Positions 42,657 through 52,941 of a stretch of 64,000 nt of DNA are shown piece by piece. The notes under the pieces are model-generated. The model did no database searches. It was not told the DNA's origin and saw nothing but the letters and a program-made list of their open reading frames with translations. The first letter of the stretch is position 1; each line of letters begins with the position of its first letter. The position numbers and the translations under genes are program-made. The DNA comes from Escherichia coli (GTDB lineage: Bacteria; Bacillota_I; Bacilli_A; RFN20; CAG-826): assembly GCA_963630675.1 (NCBI GenBank), contig CAVGNR010000001.1, forward strand, positions 37,807 to 101,806, read 5' to 3'.

Positions 42657-43532
42657 TTAGTTCTTTGGAACGATTGGATGTGGACCATCAGCATAGAAAA
42701 GAATGCCGACGGTATGTGGACCACAATAAACGGAAATAGTCGCCGACGCTCTTGTAGGAACAATTCGTTCGAATCCCGCTTTTTGAAGCTTTTCACGAAT
42801 CATCTCGAGAACATCATCTGGAAGTCCAGAGTGGGTGATAAAGATAAGTTTCTTATCATAATTTGGATGAGCGGCAAGTTCATCATCAACATAATGCTCA
42901 TTGACCTTCATAAGCGTTCCACGATAAAGATGATCTTTGGTCATCGACCCGTCTTCTTTTACGATGATTTGTGGTTTTAAATGAAGAATGTTCGCGCCAA
43001 GCATGGCAAGAGCGGAACATCTTCCTCCCTTAAATAAATTATCAAGGGTTTCAATCGTAAAGGAGGCAAGAGCGGATGATCTTCTTTCAAGAACTTTGGC
43101 AATGATTTCTTCTGGAGAATAGCCCGCATCAGCTAACTCTCTCGCATAAATTGCTTGCAAAGCAATACCTGTAGAAAGAGTCTTTGTGTCAATGACGTCT
43201 ACTTTACCAAGGAATCGATCTTCCTTAGAGGCGGATTCTGCGTTCTTATAGGCGCAAGAAATGGCGCTAGAAAGAGAAAAATGAATGACATGGTCTGCAT
43301 CTTTTAAGACTTCGCGAAAAAAATCTTCAAATTGAAATTGGTTAACGGCTGCGGTCTTAGGGAGTTTCTTATTCTCTTTGGCATAGTCAAAAAGGCGTTG
43401 AGGATCGATGGTTCCATCAGCAAATTCCTCACCCCCCATAATAACGGTAAAAGGCACGGTTTTGATTCGATATTCCTCAAGCATCTCTTGAGGTATATCA
43501 ATTGTAGATTCGGCAGTAATAGCGATTTTCAT
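42657..43532 (-). CDS. DegV-family fatty-acid-binding protein
   Basis: Start ATG 43532 (MKIAITAEST...) is preceded by GGAGGA. The DegV pattern runs throughout. Confidence 0.9.
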   Translation of the reverse strand: MKIAITAESTIDIPQEMLEEYRIKTVPFTVIMGGEEFADGTIDPQRLFDYAKENKKLPKTAAVNQFQFEDFFREVLKDADHVIHFSLSSAISCAYKNAESASKEDRFLGKVDVIDTKTLSTGIALQAIYARELADAGYSPEEIIAKVLERRSSALASFTIETLDNLFKGGRCSALAMLGANILHLKPQIIVKEDGSMTKDHLYRGTLMKVNEHYVDDELAAHPNYDKKLIFITHSGLPDDVLEMIREKLQKAGFERIVPTRASATISVYCGPHTVGILFYADGPHPIVPKN

Positions 43533-43557
43533 GGTATTTTTCCTCCAAAATATTATT

Positions 43558-44766
43558 TTAGGCAATTTCCGGTTTTTGAAAACGAAAACGTGCAAAAACT
43601 AGGTTTCCATCCTCTCTTATAACAGGAATGGTTTCTTGAACGAGTGGGGATAAATAGGTAACAAATTCATCCGACATTTCTTGGTTATTCTTTAAAAAAG
43701 ATGCAGGGATTTTCTTAGCATAATTCGCTACTTCTTCTAAAGAGACAAGGATTGGCTCACTTTGATACGGTGAAGAAGAAAGGCGATGGATAGCAACCAT
43801 TTTGCCTGATTCCCCCTTTAATAAAGAAAGAACGGCAAAGGAAGAGGCTTCAACGGCTTCTAAGGAATCTACTTTGGTGATTTTAGTAGCATCCGATCTT
43901 TGTAAGGTAGAGTCGCAGATAACTCTTGTGGAAAGAGAAAGCTTATCCGAAATGAGTTTTGCGGCCGTATATGCACTGCCATCATAAGAAACGTGTCCAA
44001 AGGAATCGGCTTGAATGGAATTATTCGTTTTCAAAGGCGCTCCTTCTGAAAGAGCAATCAAAGCATAATGCTGTTTTTTATAGATATCGGCAATCTCTCT
44101 AAGGAATTCTTCTTCGTCCCATTTCATTTCTGGCACATAAATGTAGTCAGGTCTAACTTCTTTTGGTAAAAGGGCCGTCGAAGCCGTAAGCCAGCCAGAG
44201 TCTCTCCCCATGATTTCCATAATAAGAACTTTGCCTTTACGATAGTTCATTAAGTCCAATTTGGCCATCATTGCCGAATCCATAATATGGCGAGCAGCAC
44301 TTGGATAGCCCAAGGAATGGTCGGTAATCATCAAATCATTATCCACGGTCTTAGGAATTCCAAGGACTTTGACATCCATCTTTTGCTCAACGAAATAATC
44401 ATGGAGCCTTTTGCAAGTATCCATGGAATCGTTTCCCCCGTTTGTGAGGATGTATCCGATATTGTATTTTTCAATGGTATTTAAAATTTTTTGAAAAAGA
44501 GGATCATCAAATGAAGGCAGTTTCTTTCGAGAAGACCCAAGTATTTGTCCTGGGGTTTGTTTTAAAAGCTCAATTTGAGAATCCTCTTCTTTATCAATGT
44601 CAAAAAGATCTCCCTCAATAAGGCCTTCTACCCCGTAATGAGAAGCGTACAAATGCGAAAATACGTCTTTGTGTTTTTGATATTCTCGAATCACGCCATA
44701 AAAGGACGTGTTGATGACGGGGGTTGGTCCCCCGCTTTGGAAATATAAAATAGCTTTGTTTTGCAT
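43558..44766 (-). CDS. pfk: 6-phosphofructokinase-family enzyme, probably PPi-dependent
   Basis: 402 aa. SGGPTPVINT, PKTVDNDL and MGRDSGWL motifs. GGNDS stands in place of the ATP-type GGDGS. Confidence 0.85.
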   Translation of the reverse strand: MQNKAILYFQSGGPTPVINTSFYGVIREYQKHKDVFSHLYASHYGVEGLIEGDLFDIDKEEDSQIELLKQTPGQILGSSRKKLPSFDDPLFQKILNTIEKYNIGYILTNGGNDSMDTCKRLHDYFVEQKMDVKVLGIPKTVDNDLMITDHSLGYPSAARHIMDSAMMAKLDLMNYRKGKVLIMEIMGRDSGWLTASTALLPKEVRPDYIYVPEMKWDEEEFLREIADIYKKQHYALIALSEGAPLKTNNSIQADSFGHVSYDGSAYTAAKLISDKLSLSTRVICDSTLQRSDATKITKVDSLEAVEASSFAVLSLLKGESGKMVAIHRLSSSPYQSEPILVSLEEVANYAKKIPASFLKNNQEMSDEFVTYLSPLVQETIPVIREDGNLVFARFRFQKPEIA

Positions 44767-44899
44767 TTACACATTTTAGCAAAAAATAAAAAAGTTGAGG
44801 ATAGTGTTTCAAAGATAAAAAAAGAAATTGTTCTTTACGCCACAAAAAGCACAAAAATGTATAATAGGAATGCGAAAAATCGCAGGAGTACATAAAACT

Positions 44900-45781
44900 A
44901 TGTTAGTGAATGCTACACAAATGTTAAAAGATGCCAAAGCTGGGCACTATGCTGTTGGTCATTTTAACATCAACAATCTAGAATGGATTAAAGCCGTTCT
45001 TACCACTGCTCAGGAGATGAAAGCTCCAGTTATCCTTGGTGTTTCCATGGGTGCTGCCAAGTATATGGGCGGATACGAAGTGGTTGCCAACCTTGTCAAA
45101 GGCTTAGACAAATCTCTTGGCATTACCGTTCCAGTTGCCCTACATCTTGATCATGGTAATTTCGAAGCTGCTAAAGCTTGCATTGCCGCTGGCTTTACTT
45201 CCGTTATGTTTGACGGTTCTTCCTTACCATTCGAAGAAAATGTTGAAAAAACAAAAGAACTCGTTGCTTTAGCTCATTCCAAAGGCATCTCCGTTGAAGC
45301 GGAAGTCGGTGCAATCGGTGGCACAGAAGATGGCATCACCGCTGATGGTGAAGTTGCCGATCCAGAAGAATGCAAGAAAATCGTTTCCCTTGGTATTGAT
45401 TTCCTTGCTGCTGGTATTGGAAATATCCATGGCATCTATCCAGAAAATTGGAAAGGTCTCCATCTTGACGTTCTTGAAAAGATTAATGAAGCAACCGGAA
45501 ATATCCCTCTTGTTCTCCATGGCGGAAGCGGTATTCCAAATGAACAAATCGTTGCCGCTATCAAAGAAGGCGTTTCCAAGATTAACGTGAACACCGAATG
45601 CCAATTAGCATTCGCTGCCGCAACCATTAAATATTGCGCAGAAGGAAAAGCTGATCCAACGGCTGCTAACTTAGAAAAAGGCTACGATCCACGTAAGCTT
45701 TTAAAACCAGGTTACGAAGCAATCAAAGCTACCGTCAAAGAAAAGATTCAACTCTTTGGCACTGAAGGAAAAGCTGCTTAA
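44900..45781 (+). CDS. fba: Class II fructose-bisphosphate aldolase
   Basis: MLVNATQMLKDAKAGHYAVGHFNINN, LHLDHG, GNIHG and VLHGGSG motifs. AGGAG lies upstream of ATG 44900. Confidence 0.95.
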   Translation: MLVNATQMLKDAKAGHYAVGHFNINNLEWIKAVLTTAQEMKAPVILGVSMGAAKYMGGYEVVANLVKGLDKSLGITVPVALHLDHGNFEAAKACIAAGFTSVMFDGSSLPFEENVEKTKELVALAHSKGISVEAEVGAIGGTEDGITADGEVADPEECKKIVSLGIDFLAAGIGNIHGIYPENWKGLHLDVLEKINEATGNIPLVLHGGSGIPNEQIVAAIKEGVSKINVNTECQLAFAAATIKYCAEGKADPTAANLEKGYDPRKLLKPGYEAIKATVKEKIQLFGTEGKAA

Positions 45782-45842
45782 TTTCTCATTCAAAAATAAG
45801 GTTCCTCGTTTGATGGGGAACTTTTTTATTAAAGAAAATCAG

Positions 45843-47024
45843 TTATTTCTCTCTTTTTAGCAAAGAATAGGACTCAACGCCTTTTAGAAGTCGGCAACAG
45901 GCATCTTTAACGTTAGAAAAAGAGGTAGCAACGTTCATTCTTAAGAAACCCTCCCCTCCTTTTCCATATACTGAACCGGCAGTAAGGAAGAGGCCTGTTT
46001 CTTTTCTTAGGAAGGAAGCAAATTCTTTATCATCGTTAGTAAGGGAAGACACGTCTAGCCACATTAAATAAGTAGCATCTTGCTCTATGGCTTTAAAAGT
46101 AGGGATATTCTCTTTGATAAATTGATATACGTACTCCTTATTTTTCTCTACGTACTCTCTCATTTCTTCAAGCCAATCGCATGAATCGTTAAGGGCAGCA
46201 ATGCTTGCTGGTATAGCAAAAATATTCGGTTCCGCACATTCATCCGTATTTAATTGACGATTCACTTTATTACGAAGTTCTTCGTTTGGAATAATGATAG
46301 CGGAGGTATGTATGCCTGCGATATTAAACGCTTTGGTTACTGAAATAGCGGCAAAGCCAATCTTTCTGTTCGTTTCATTGACGGAAAGAAAAGGAATATA
46401 GGAAGAACCAGGTTTCGTTATTTCGCCATGTATTTCATCAGATAAAACGGTAACATGATGTTTTTCGCAAAGTCTTCCAATTTCCGATAAATCTTCTTCG
46501 CTCCATATCTTACCAATGGGGTTTTGTGGGTTACAAAGAATTAACAATTTTGCTTTTTCGCTCGATAACGCCTCTTCTAAAAGAGGAAAATCGATAGAAT
46601 ACGAATTGGCGAAATAACGTAGCGGCACTTCTTTCACAACGCGATTATTATTAAGAATCGAATTATAAAAGATGTTATAGACCGGAGTTAGAAGAACCAC
46701 CTCATCTCCTGGATTAGTCAGCTTTCTTACACTTGAAGATATCGTTGGCACAACACCTGTGGAGAAAATAAGCCAGTCTTTTTGTATTTCAAAAGAGTGA
46801 CGTTCATGAAAGAAATGAATATAAGCTTGATACCACTCCTCTGGAATATCAGGATAGCCATAAACAGGATGGGAAGCTCGATCAAGAACAGCTTTTTGAA
46901 TAGGAAGAGCAACCTCAAAATCCATATCCGCGATCCACATCGGAAGTTCGTTTTCTTTTACGTTCCATTTGGTAGAATCGCTGCCTTTTCTATTTGGTAA
47001 GGTATCAAAATCGTATTTCATCAT
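45843..47024 (-). CDS. MalY/PatB-family PLP-dependent C-S lyase (aminotransferase class I/II)
   Basis: 393 aa. SVTKAFNIAG PLP-lysine motif and the MWIADMDF N-terminal pattern. Confidence 0.85.
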   Translation of the reverse strand: MMKYDFDTLPNRKGSDSTKWNVKENELPMWIADMDFEVALPIQKAVLDRASHPVYGYPDIPEEWYQAYIHFFHERHSFEIQKDWLIFSTGVVPTISSSVRKLTNPGDEVVLLTPVYNIFYNSILNNNRVVKEVPLRYFANSYSIDFPLLEEALSSEKAKLLILCNPQNPIGKIWSEEDLSEIGRLCEKHHVTVLSDEIHGEITKPGSSYIPFLSVNETNRKIGFAAISVTKAFNIAGIHTSAIIIPNEELRNKVNRQLNTDECAEPNIFAIPASIAALNDSCDWLEEMREYVEKNKEYVYQFIKENIPTFKAIEQDATYLMWLDVSSLTNDDKEFASFLRKETGLFLTAGSVYGKGGEGFLRMNVATSFSNVKDACCRLLKGVESYSLLKREK

Positions 47025-47911
47025 TTGCTCTCCACGATGGTTTTAGAAAAATCTAAAGAAGGATCGTCTTGAATGTATTGGTCAAGATGTTCAATGACAA
47101 GTTTTCCAGAAATTGGATTTTTTAAGGAAAGAAGATGACCTTTTATCGTCGCGTTAATATTCTCGCAATATTCAAACGCCAAATCTGTATCTGGGGTCTC
47201 ACAATTCTCTAACGTGATATTCTTCATATAGCAAAAACCTTGATGGGAGATAATCTTGCAATTACGGAGAGTAACATTTTCACTGTTCCATCCGAAATAT
47301 TCCCCTTCAATCACACAATTTTCGATAAGGATATTTTTAGAGTTCCAAAAAGCGTCTTTGGTATGAAGGAGGCTGTCATAAATCGTAAGATTCTCACAGC
47401 CATCGAAGGCATAATTTCCATCCAATCTCAAATTACGAATGGTTAAATTCTTCGAATTCATGCCAAAATAATCACCTTTGGCTTCGATATTATCGAGAGT
47501 CACAGCATCATTCCACCACAAAGTTTCTGATGCCTCTTGAATAAGAACGTTTCGAAGAGTGAGATTATGGCATTTACGGAAATTCTTAGGTCCAAAGATT
47601 TGGCAAGACTCAAAGACAGAATCGTTCGTATACCAAACGCCAGCCCTTTCCGTTTCAAGAAAGGTCGTATCTTTCACATAAAGCTTTTCCCCATACCAAA
47701 GGGGGTATTTATAACCGAAAGACGAACGATTAACTAAAAGGTTCTTGCATTCTTTAAGAGGGGATTCTCCATCGTCAAAAAGACAGTTTCTAAATGATGT
47801 ATCAGAGGTTTTGAAGAGGGCTCTTTCACCTGTGTAATGATTGTTTTCTACGTATTTCATATCTTCATTATTATAGATTTCCCTTCTGTTTAAAGAAAAC
47901 AATATGCGCAT
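47021..47911 (-). CDS. DUF3737-like beta-helix protein
   Basis: YTGERALF...FDDGESPLKECKNL pattern. The start is ambiguous (ATG 47911 or 47860). 4-nt overlap with the lyase gene. Confidence 0.65.
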   Translation of the reverse strand: MRILFSLNRREIYNNEDMKYVENNHYTGERALFKTSDTSFRNCLFDDGESPLKECKNLLVNRSSFGYKYPLWYGEKLYVKDTTFLETERAGVWYTNDSVFESCQIFGPKNFRKCHNLTLRNVLIQEASETLWWNDAVTLDNIEAKGDYFGMNSKNLTIRNLRLDGNYAFDGCENLTIYDSLLHTKDAFWNSKNILIENCVIEGEYFGWNSENVTLRNCKIISHQGFCYMKNITLENCETPDTDLAFEYCENINATIKGHLLSLKNPISGKLVIEHLDQYIQDDPSLDFSKTIVESK

Positions 47912-47946
47912 TTCTTGCTTAGAAAAAGTATGTTATATTCATTCTT

Positions 47947-48453
47947 ATGAATGAGATTCGGGAAGAAAACATTTTAAAAGTGAATAACAACCCTTTTACG
48001 AATTGGAATAAACCCGATAATGCGGGGATTTCCGATGAGCTTTCTCCAAAAGATCAGGATAGCGATTACGCAAGAAGCAAACGCGGAGGAAAAATCTCCA
48101 CTGCTCTTTCTTTGTTTGCTATCTCTGGAGCAGCTCTTTTAACGGGCGCTTCTTTGTTATCTTCTTTTATTAAAGAACCGACATTAAGCGAAGTTTCCTT
48201 AGTCCCTTCTCAAAATCAGATTTCTCTTTCCTTGAAGATTTCGAATCCTCAGGGATTAAAAGTTCTTTCTTCTTTGTTTGAAGACTCTTCCTTAAAAGAA
48301 GAAACGGAAATGACTTTCAAAGGAGATAAGGTTTTTTCTTATGTTTTTGAAAACGTCAATTTCCAAAAAGAGAACGTGATACGAATTTCATTTACCAACA
48401 ATATTGATTACACAAAAGTTATTTTTGAACAAACGGTAACGTTTATTTCTTAG
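47947..48453 (+). CDS. Hypothetical single-pass membrane protein
   Basis: 168 aa with a TM segment ISTALSLFAISGAALLTGASLL. It lies upstream of the MscS gene with a 10-nt gap. Confidence 0.5.
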   Translation: MNEIREENILKVNNNPFTNWNKPDNAGISDELSPKDQDSDYARSKRGGKISTALSLFAISGAALLTGASLLSSFIKEPTLSEVSLVPSQNQISLSLKISNPQGLKVLSSLFEDSSLKEETEMTFKGDKVFSYVFENVNFQKENVIRISFTNNIDYTKVIFEQTVTFIS

Positions 48454-48463
48454 GAGGTATTTT

Positions 48464-49615
48464 ATGGAAGAAACGAAAAAAGGCTGGTGGAAGCAAAAGA
48501 GCACAAATCAAAAAGTCTCTTTTATTATCGCCCAGGTAGTCCTTGTTTTATCGATTCTAGCTTTGTTTGGGCTCGCTTTTTGTCGACAAATCTTTGGCGA
48601 TAAGGTAGGTGACGCCATTCTTGGGAAGGATATCAATAATGGCTTTGTTTTAATTGGCCGTTTGTTTGCCTATTCAGGAAATAAATTATTGATTACTTTC
48701 GTAACGATATTTGTGACCATTATCTTAACCTTTGTATTCAATTTCATTGTCCGTCTTTGCACTAAGGGTGGGAAGAAAGCCCAAACCATTGGTTCCTTGA
48801 TTCGCTCTCTTATCAAATATATTGCCGTGCTTATTGCCTTAGCAATTATTCTTGCAACCTGGGGGGTGGATATTAGCTCTATTATCGCTGGTTTAGGTGT
48901 CTTAACCTTGATTATTGGCTTAGGATGCCAAGTTTTAATCCAAGACGTCATTTCTGGTTTATTTATGGTCTTTGATGATTATTTCGATGTCGGTGATATG
49001 GTTATCATTGATGGCTTTAGAGGATATGTCTCTCAAATCGGTCTTCGTTCCATCAAAATTGACGATCGTTTAGGAAATATCAAATCCATTAATAATTCCT
49101 CTATTACTTCCTGTGTGAATCTTTCAAGAGAAGATAATACCGTGGCAATCGAGGTTGAAGCGGACTATGACGAAGACCCAAGGAGAGTTGAAGCCGTTCT
49201 TCTTAAAGAACTTCCAAAGCTCAAGGATAAGATTCCTCAATGCATTGTCCCTCCAACATATATCGGTATCTCTAACATTGGGGATTCTGGCATTTACTAT
49301 AAGATTTATGCGACTTGCAAAGCCCCTTACCGTTTCCAATTAGAAAGAGACATGCAACGTGAGCTTTATCTTATTTTCATGAACAATAACATTGATGTCC
49401 CTTATGATTGCATCACTCTCTATCAGGCGAATACGGATAAGTTTGTCAAGGCCACTGACCAAGAGAAAATGCTTTCGGAAAACCATGAGAAATCTCTTCG
49501 CGCTCCACAAAAGACGAATAAGAGAAAAAAGAACATCTTTCAGCACGTTAAAGAAGTCTATGACGAGACCTTAGAAGAAACTAAGAAAGAAGCACAAGCG
49601 AATAAAGATAACTGA
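48464..49615 (+). CDS. MscS-family mechanosensitive channel
   Basis: 383 aa. GLGCQVLIQDVISGLFMVFDDYFDVGDMVIIDGFRGYV matches the MscS TM3/beta-domain pattern. GGAGG lies upstream. Confidence 0.85.
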   Translation: MEETKKGWWKQKSTNQKVSFIIAQVVLVLSILALFGLAFCRQIFGDKVGDAILGKDINNGFVLIGRLFAYSGNKLLITFVTIFVTIILTFVFNFIVRLCTKGGKKAQTIGSLIRSLIKYIAVLIALAIILATWGVDISSIIAGLGVLTLIIGLGCQVLIQDVISGLFMVFDDYFDVGDMVIIDGFRGYVSQIGLRSIKIDDRLGNIKSINNSSITSCVNLSREDNTVAIEVEADYDEDPRRVEAVLLKELPKLKDKIPQCIVPPTYIGISNIGDSGIYYKIYATCKAPYRFQLERDMQRELYLIFMNNNIDVPYDCITLYQANTDKFVKATDQEKMLSENHEKSLRAPQKTNKRKKNIFQHVKEVYDETLEETKKEAQANKDN

Positions 49616-49700
49616 GGCTTATTCTTTCAATTCAAATTTCGTATTCTCCTTTGTTTTTATATCGCCAAAAATATTGCAGAAAAAAGCTTGCACTAAGTGA

Positions 49701-49735
49701 TATAACAAAACTGCAAAATTTGCATTTTTGTTATA
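49701..49735. promoter_or_regulatory. 35-bp near-perfect palindrome (candidate operator)
   Basis: tATAACAAAACTGCAAAaTTTGCATTTTTGTTATa. The 16-nt arms match at 15/16 positions. It lies 86 nt after the MscS stop and about 200 nt before the peptidase start. Confidence 0.35.
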
Positions 49736-49937
49736 AATTCAGTTTCCTTAATGTTCCTGCTGGCAATCATAAATATTTAGTAGACAAATAGCAAAGAGAA
49801 TCTTTATGTCTACACCCGTCCTAAAAATATCTTAATCAGGTAACTTTATTTATTAAGAATTTTCTTAATCTAATTTAATGCACCTTACTTGCAACTATAT
49901 AAAACTAATATATAAAATGTCTTGCCTTACTATCAAG

Positions 49938-52082
49938 ATGAAAACAATTAGATTAATTACATTAATAACAAGCATAGCAGCCTTACAAGGAATGTCTATT
50001 GGCCATACAAATTCCAATAAGCTACTCCTAAAAGCGAGTTCATCTTCTTTTTATTCTGATATAAATGAAATCATCCAATTAGATAACTTCGATCCCAGAG
50101 CCGAATTGACTCCAGTTCAAGATCAAGGGAGCACAAACCTATGTTGGGCATATTCTTCAATTAACGCTAGCGAGGCTTCCATATTAAAAAATAGACTGAC
50201 AAATAAAGATACATTAAGACTCAATCCACAAGCCCTTGCATATAGAAAGTTTTATAGGAATATGGATCCATTAGGTAATAACCAATCCTATAGTAAGACA
50301 GCTGATTGGCTTAATGCCCAAGGCTCAATTAGCAATACCCCTTCTGTTTTAAGTATGTGGCAAGGTCCAATAGGAGGAGATAAACCTGCAGCAGATGTCT
50401 ATACTAATTCACTTTATAGATTAGAAGAAGCAAGTCAAATTTCATCTGGATTACATAATGAAGATAGGATTAATGAAATAAAACAAGCAATTGCTAAATA
50501 TGGGGCTGTCACCGCTTCTACTAGCTATGATGGGGGAAGAAATTATTATTATAACGATAAGGATATAAAAAACGGGGTGGCCCATGCGATTACTTTAATT
50601 GGATGGGATGATAACATCAATAAAGACTTATTCGCCCCAAAGAGCGCGACTAGAAACGGGGGATGGCTAGTAAAGAATAGCTATTTAGATAACCCCTATT
50701 TCTATTTAACTTACGATAGCAAGATTCTAGATTCCACATCATGGGTGTTTAGCTATGCCTCTAAAGATAAATATGACTATAACTATTATTATGATAACAA
50801 CGGAGACGATGCAGGACTATTTAAATTAAAGGGATTCGCGAATATCTATCAAGCTAAAAAAGGCAATGATGAATATAAAGAATATCTAAAAGCAGTTAAC
50901 GTTGCCTTTATTGGAAATGGCGTAGATGTAACTATTAAAATCTATACCGATGTATCTAGCATGGGTCAAGTTGCAGTTGAAAGAGGAACATTAAAAGCCA
51001 CAAAAACCGAACATTATAAGTATCAAGGGTATAAGACAATTGAATTAGATAATCCAATTTTATTAAACCCAGGTAGCTATTTTTCCATTGTAGTCGAAGT
51101 AACTAATGCGTCTGATGATGCCCATATCAGCCTAACTACTGTTGATCAAAAGAAAGCATCATTTAACAAAGTTGGTTCCGATTACGAAGAACTATTTAAC
51201 GGGAGTTATGTTGCTAGAATCAAGGCTTATACAAAATGTATCAAGGAAGAAATAAATGAACATGTTCATGACTGGAACGAGCCAATTTATGAATGGAACG
51301 AAGACTATTCTTCTTTAAAAGCCTCTAGGACATGTAAAGAAGATTCTAGTCACATAGAAACCGAAACCGTTGGTACCGTTATATCAATTGCTAACCAACC
51401 AACTTGCCTTACAAAGGGCAATAAACATATAGAAAGCAAGCCTTTTACTAATCCCGCTTTTAAAGTTCAAACATTAGATATTGATTTAGGATATGGACCC
51501 CATACATATTCTTCTTGGATTAATGAAATTGCTCCTACTACTGAAACTGAAGGTATTAAAGGTCATAAAGATTGTTTAATTTGCCATAAACATTTTGATA
51601 AGGAAGATAACGAGATATTAGATTTATCCATTCCTAAACTAGAAAAGAAAGTAAATGTAATTATTTCAAATGGCTCAGGAAGCAAGGAAAACATCCCGGT
51701 TGGTTCTTCTATTACGATTAAGGCAGATAAACCTAAAGAAGGTATGAAGTTTGTAGGCTGGGCGGATAAGGATGGGAACATAGTAAGCACAGACGAAACA
51801 TATACATTCGTTGTAACTGAAGACACTTATCTAATTGCCATTTATGAAGAAATAGAAGGCCAAGAATCAAGCAGTTCTAGTTCATCTAGCGAACCCCTTA
51901 CATCAAATTCAAGTCAATTATCTTCTTCTAGCAAGGAAAATAATTCTTCCAATGATCAAGATAAAATAGATGCTCCATATAACAAAATAGATGTAATCAT
52001 CGTTACATCCATAATTGCAGGAACCCTTTCTATTTCTTTAATAATTACCTGTATATATTTATTCCTAAAAAAGAAAAAATAA
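49938..52082 (+). CDS. Secreted, C-terminally membrane-anchored papain-family (C1) cysteine peptidase with accessory domains
   Basis: Signal peptide MKTIRLITLITSIAALQG. Catalytic Cys context QGSTNLCWAYSS, His context HAITLIGWDD, then NGGWLVKNSY. Followed by a Cys/His-rich module, an InlB-B-repeat-like domain, a Ser-rich linker and a C-terminal TM. Confidence 0.85.
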   Translation: MKTIRLITLITSIAALQGMSIGHTNSNKLLLKASSSSFYSDINEIIQLDNFDPRAELTPVQDQGSTNLCWAYSSINASEASILKNRLTNKDTLRLNPQALAYRKFYRNMDPLGNNQSYSKTADWLNAQGSISNTPSVLSMWQGPIGGDKPAADVYTNSLYRLEEASQISSGLHNEDRINEIKQAIAKYGAVTASTSYDGGRNYYYNDKDIKNGVAHAITLIGWDDNINKDLFAPKSATRNGGWLVKNSYLDNPYFYLTYDSKILDSTSWVFSYASKDKYDYNYYYDNNGDDAGLFKLKGFANIYQAKKGNDEYKEYLKAVNVAFIGNGVDVTIKIYTDVSSMGQVAVERGTLKATKTEHYKYQGYKTIELDNPILLNPGSYFSIVVEVTNASDDAHISLTTVDQKKASFNKVGSDYEELFNGSYVARIKAYTKCIKEEINEHVHDWNEPIYEWNEDYSSLKASRTCKEDSSHIETETVGTVISIANQPTCLTKGNKHIESKPFTNPAFKVQTLDIDLGYGPHTYSSWINEIAPTTETEGIKGHKDCLICHKHFDKEDNEILDLSIPKLEKKVNVIISNGSGSKENIPVGSSITIKADKPKEGMKFVGWADKDGNIVSTDETYTFVVTEDTYLIAIYEEIEGQESSSSSSSSEPLTSNSSQLSSSSKENNSSNDQDKIDAPYNKIDVIIVTSIIAGTLSISLIITCIYLFLKKKK

Positions 52083-52094
52083 GCGGGACGTGTG

Positions 52095-52586
52095 TTATTT
52101 TAGTTCGATAAATTTATCCCTAACATGGAATGTATTGGATAAAGTTGGGGATAAGGCTTCTAATATGTAATTGGTTTCAATTCTTTTTGTTTCAATTCTA
52201 AAGGCGTTATATCTAATCTTTTTGTTGTTCCCAAGTTCAGATAAATCAATCTTCATTGTTACAAAATAAGAATTGTCTTTGATAGAAGAACTAGGTGCAA
52301 AGAAATCATTATTAATGAATACAGGGGTTCCATTAACTATCTTTGCAACAAAGCTTGCCCCATTCGGAGCAACTTCAAATTCATAATAGAATTCATCGCC
52401 TAAATCTAGGAATACTTCTACTACGTCTCCATTATATAATTCATCATTATCGATATTAGAAAAGCTATTCAAAGATGAATCATATGCCGAAAATTCAAAG
52501 ATCAATGTATCGTTAATCCTATTAACTGAAAGAAGTGTCTTAGGTTCAACTTCTTTTCCACTTCTATTATCTAATAATCTTTCCAT
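52095..52586 (-). CDS. CBM9/DOMON-like domain protein (tentative)
   Basis: Start chosen at ATG 52586 (MERLLDNRSG). The pattern DELYNGDVVEVFLD...YYEFEVAPNG resembles carbohydrate-binding family 9. Confidence 0.4.
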   Translation of the reverse strand: MERLLDNRSGKEVEPKTLLSVNRINDTLIFEFSAYDSSLNSFSNIDNDELYNGDVVEVFLDLGDEFYYEFEVAPNGASFVAKIVNGTPVFINNDFFAPSSSIKDNSYFVTMKIDLSELGNNKKIRYNAFRIETKRIETNYILEALSPTLSNTFHVRDKFIELK

Positions 52587-52711
52587 ATGTTTTCCTTTTG
52601 CGAATCTATATATTCTGAATATATAAAGACGAATAAGCCAAATCGCGGCCGCTTTATTTTCGATAATAAAGGCTATATTTTCCTTTTTGAATGATACGAA
52701 TGTCTCCATTT

Positions 52712-52930
52712 TCACCAATTTAGCAAGGGCTTCCTGGATTCAATCCCGTTTATTAAAATGCTTTCATCTTGTATTTTCTTGATTTTAACGCCTTCAATTT
52801 CGTTGGATGATGTTGCACTCCTTCTTTTGGATAAATTATGAAGTCTATTTAATTTAATGTTTTGGCAATGGCTTACGAGCTTTTTGCTTTCTAAACCAGG
52901 TAAAAAGAAAAATGCCCTTTTGAAGGACAT
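52712..52930 (-). pseudogene. Possible Fic-family N-terminal remnant
   Basis: 72-aa ORF containing SSNEIEG (similar to the Fic inhibitory motif (S/T)xxxE(G/N)). It runs into the 5' extension of the next ORF in another frame. Confidence 0.25.
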
Positions 52931-52941
52931 CTAAATTCGTT

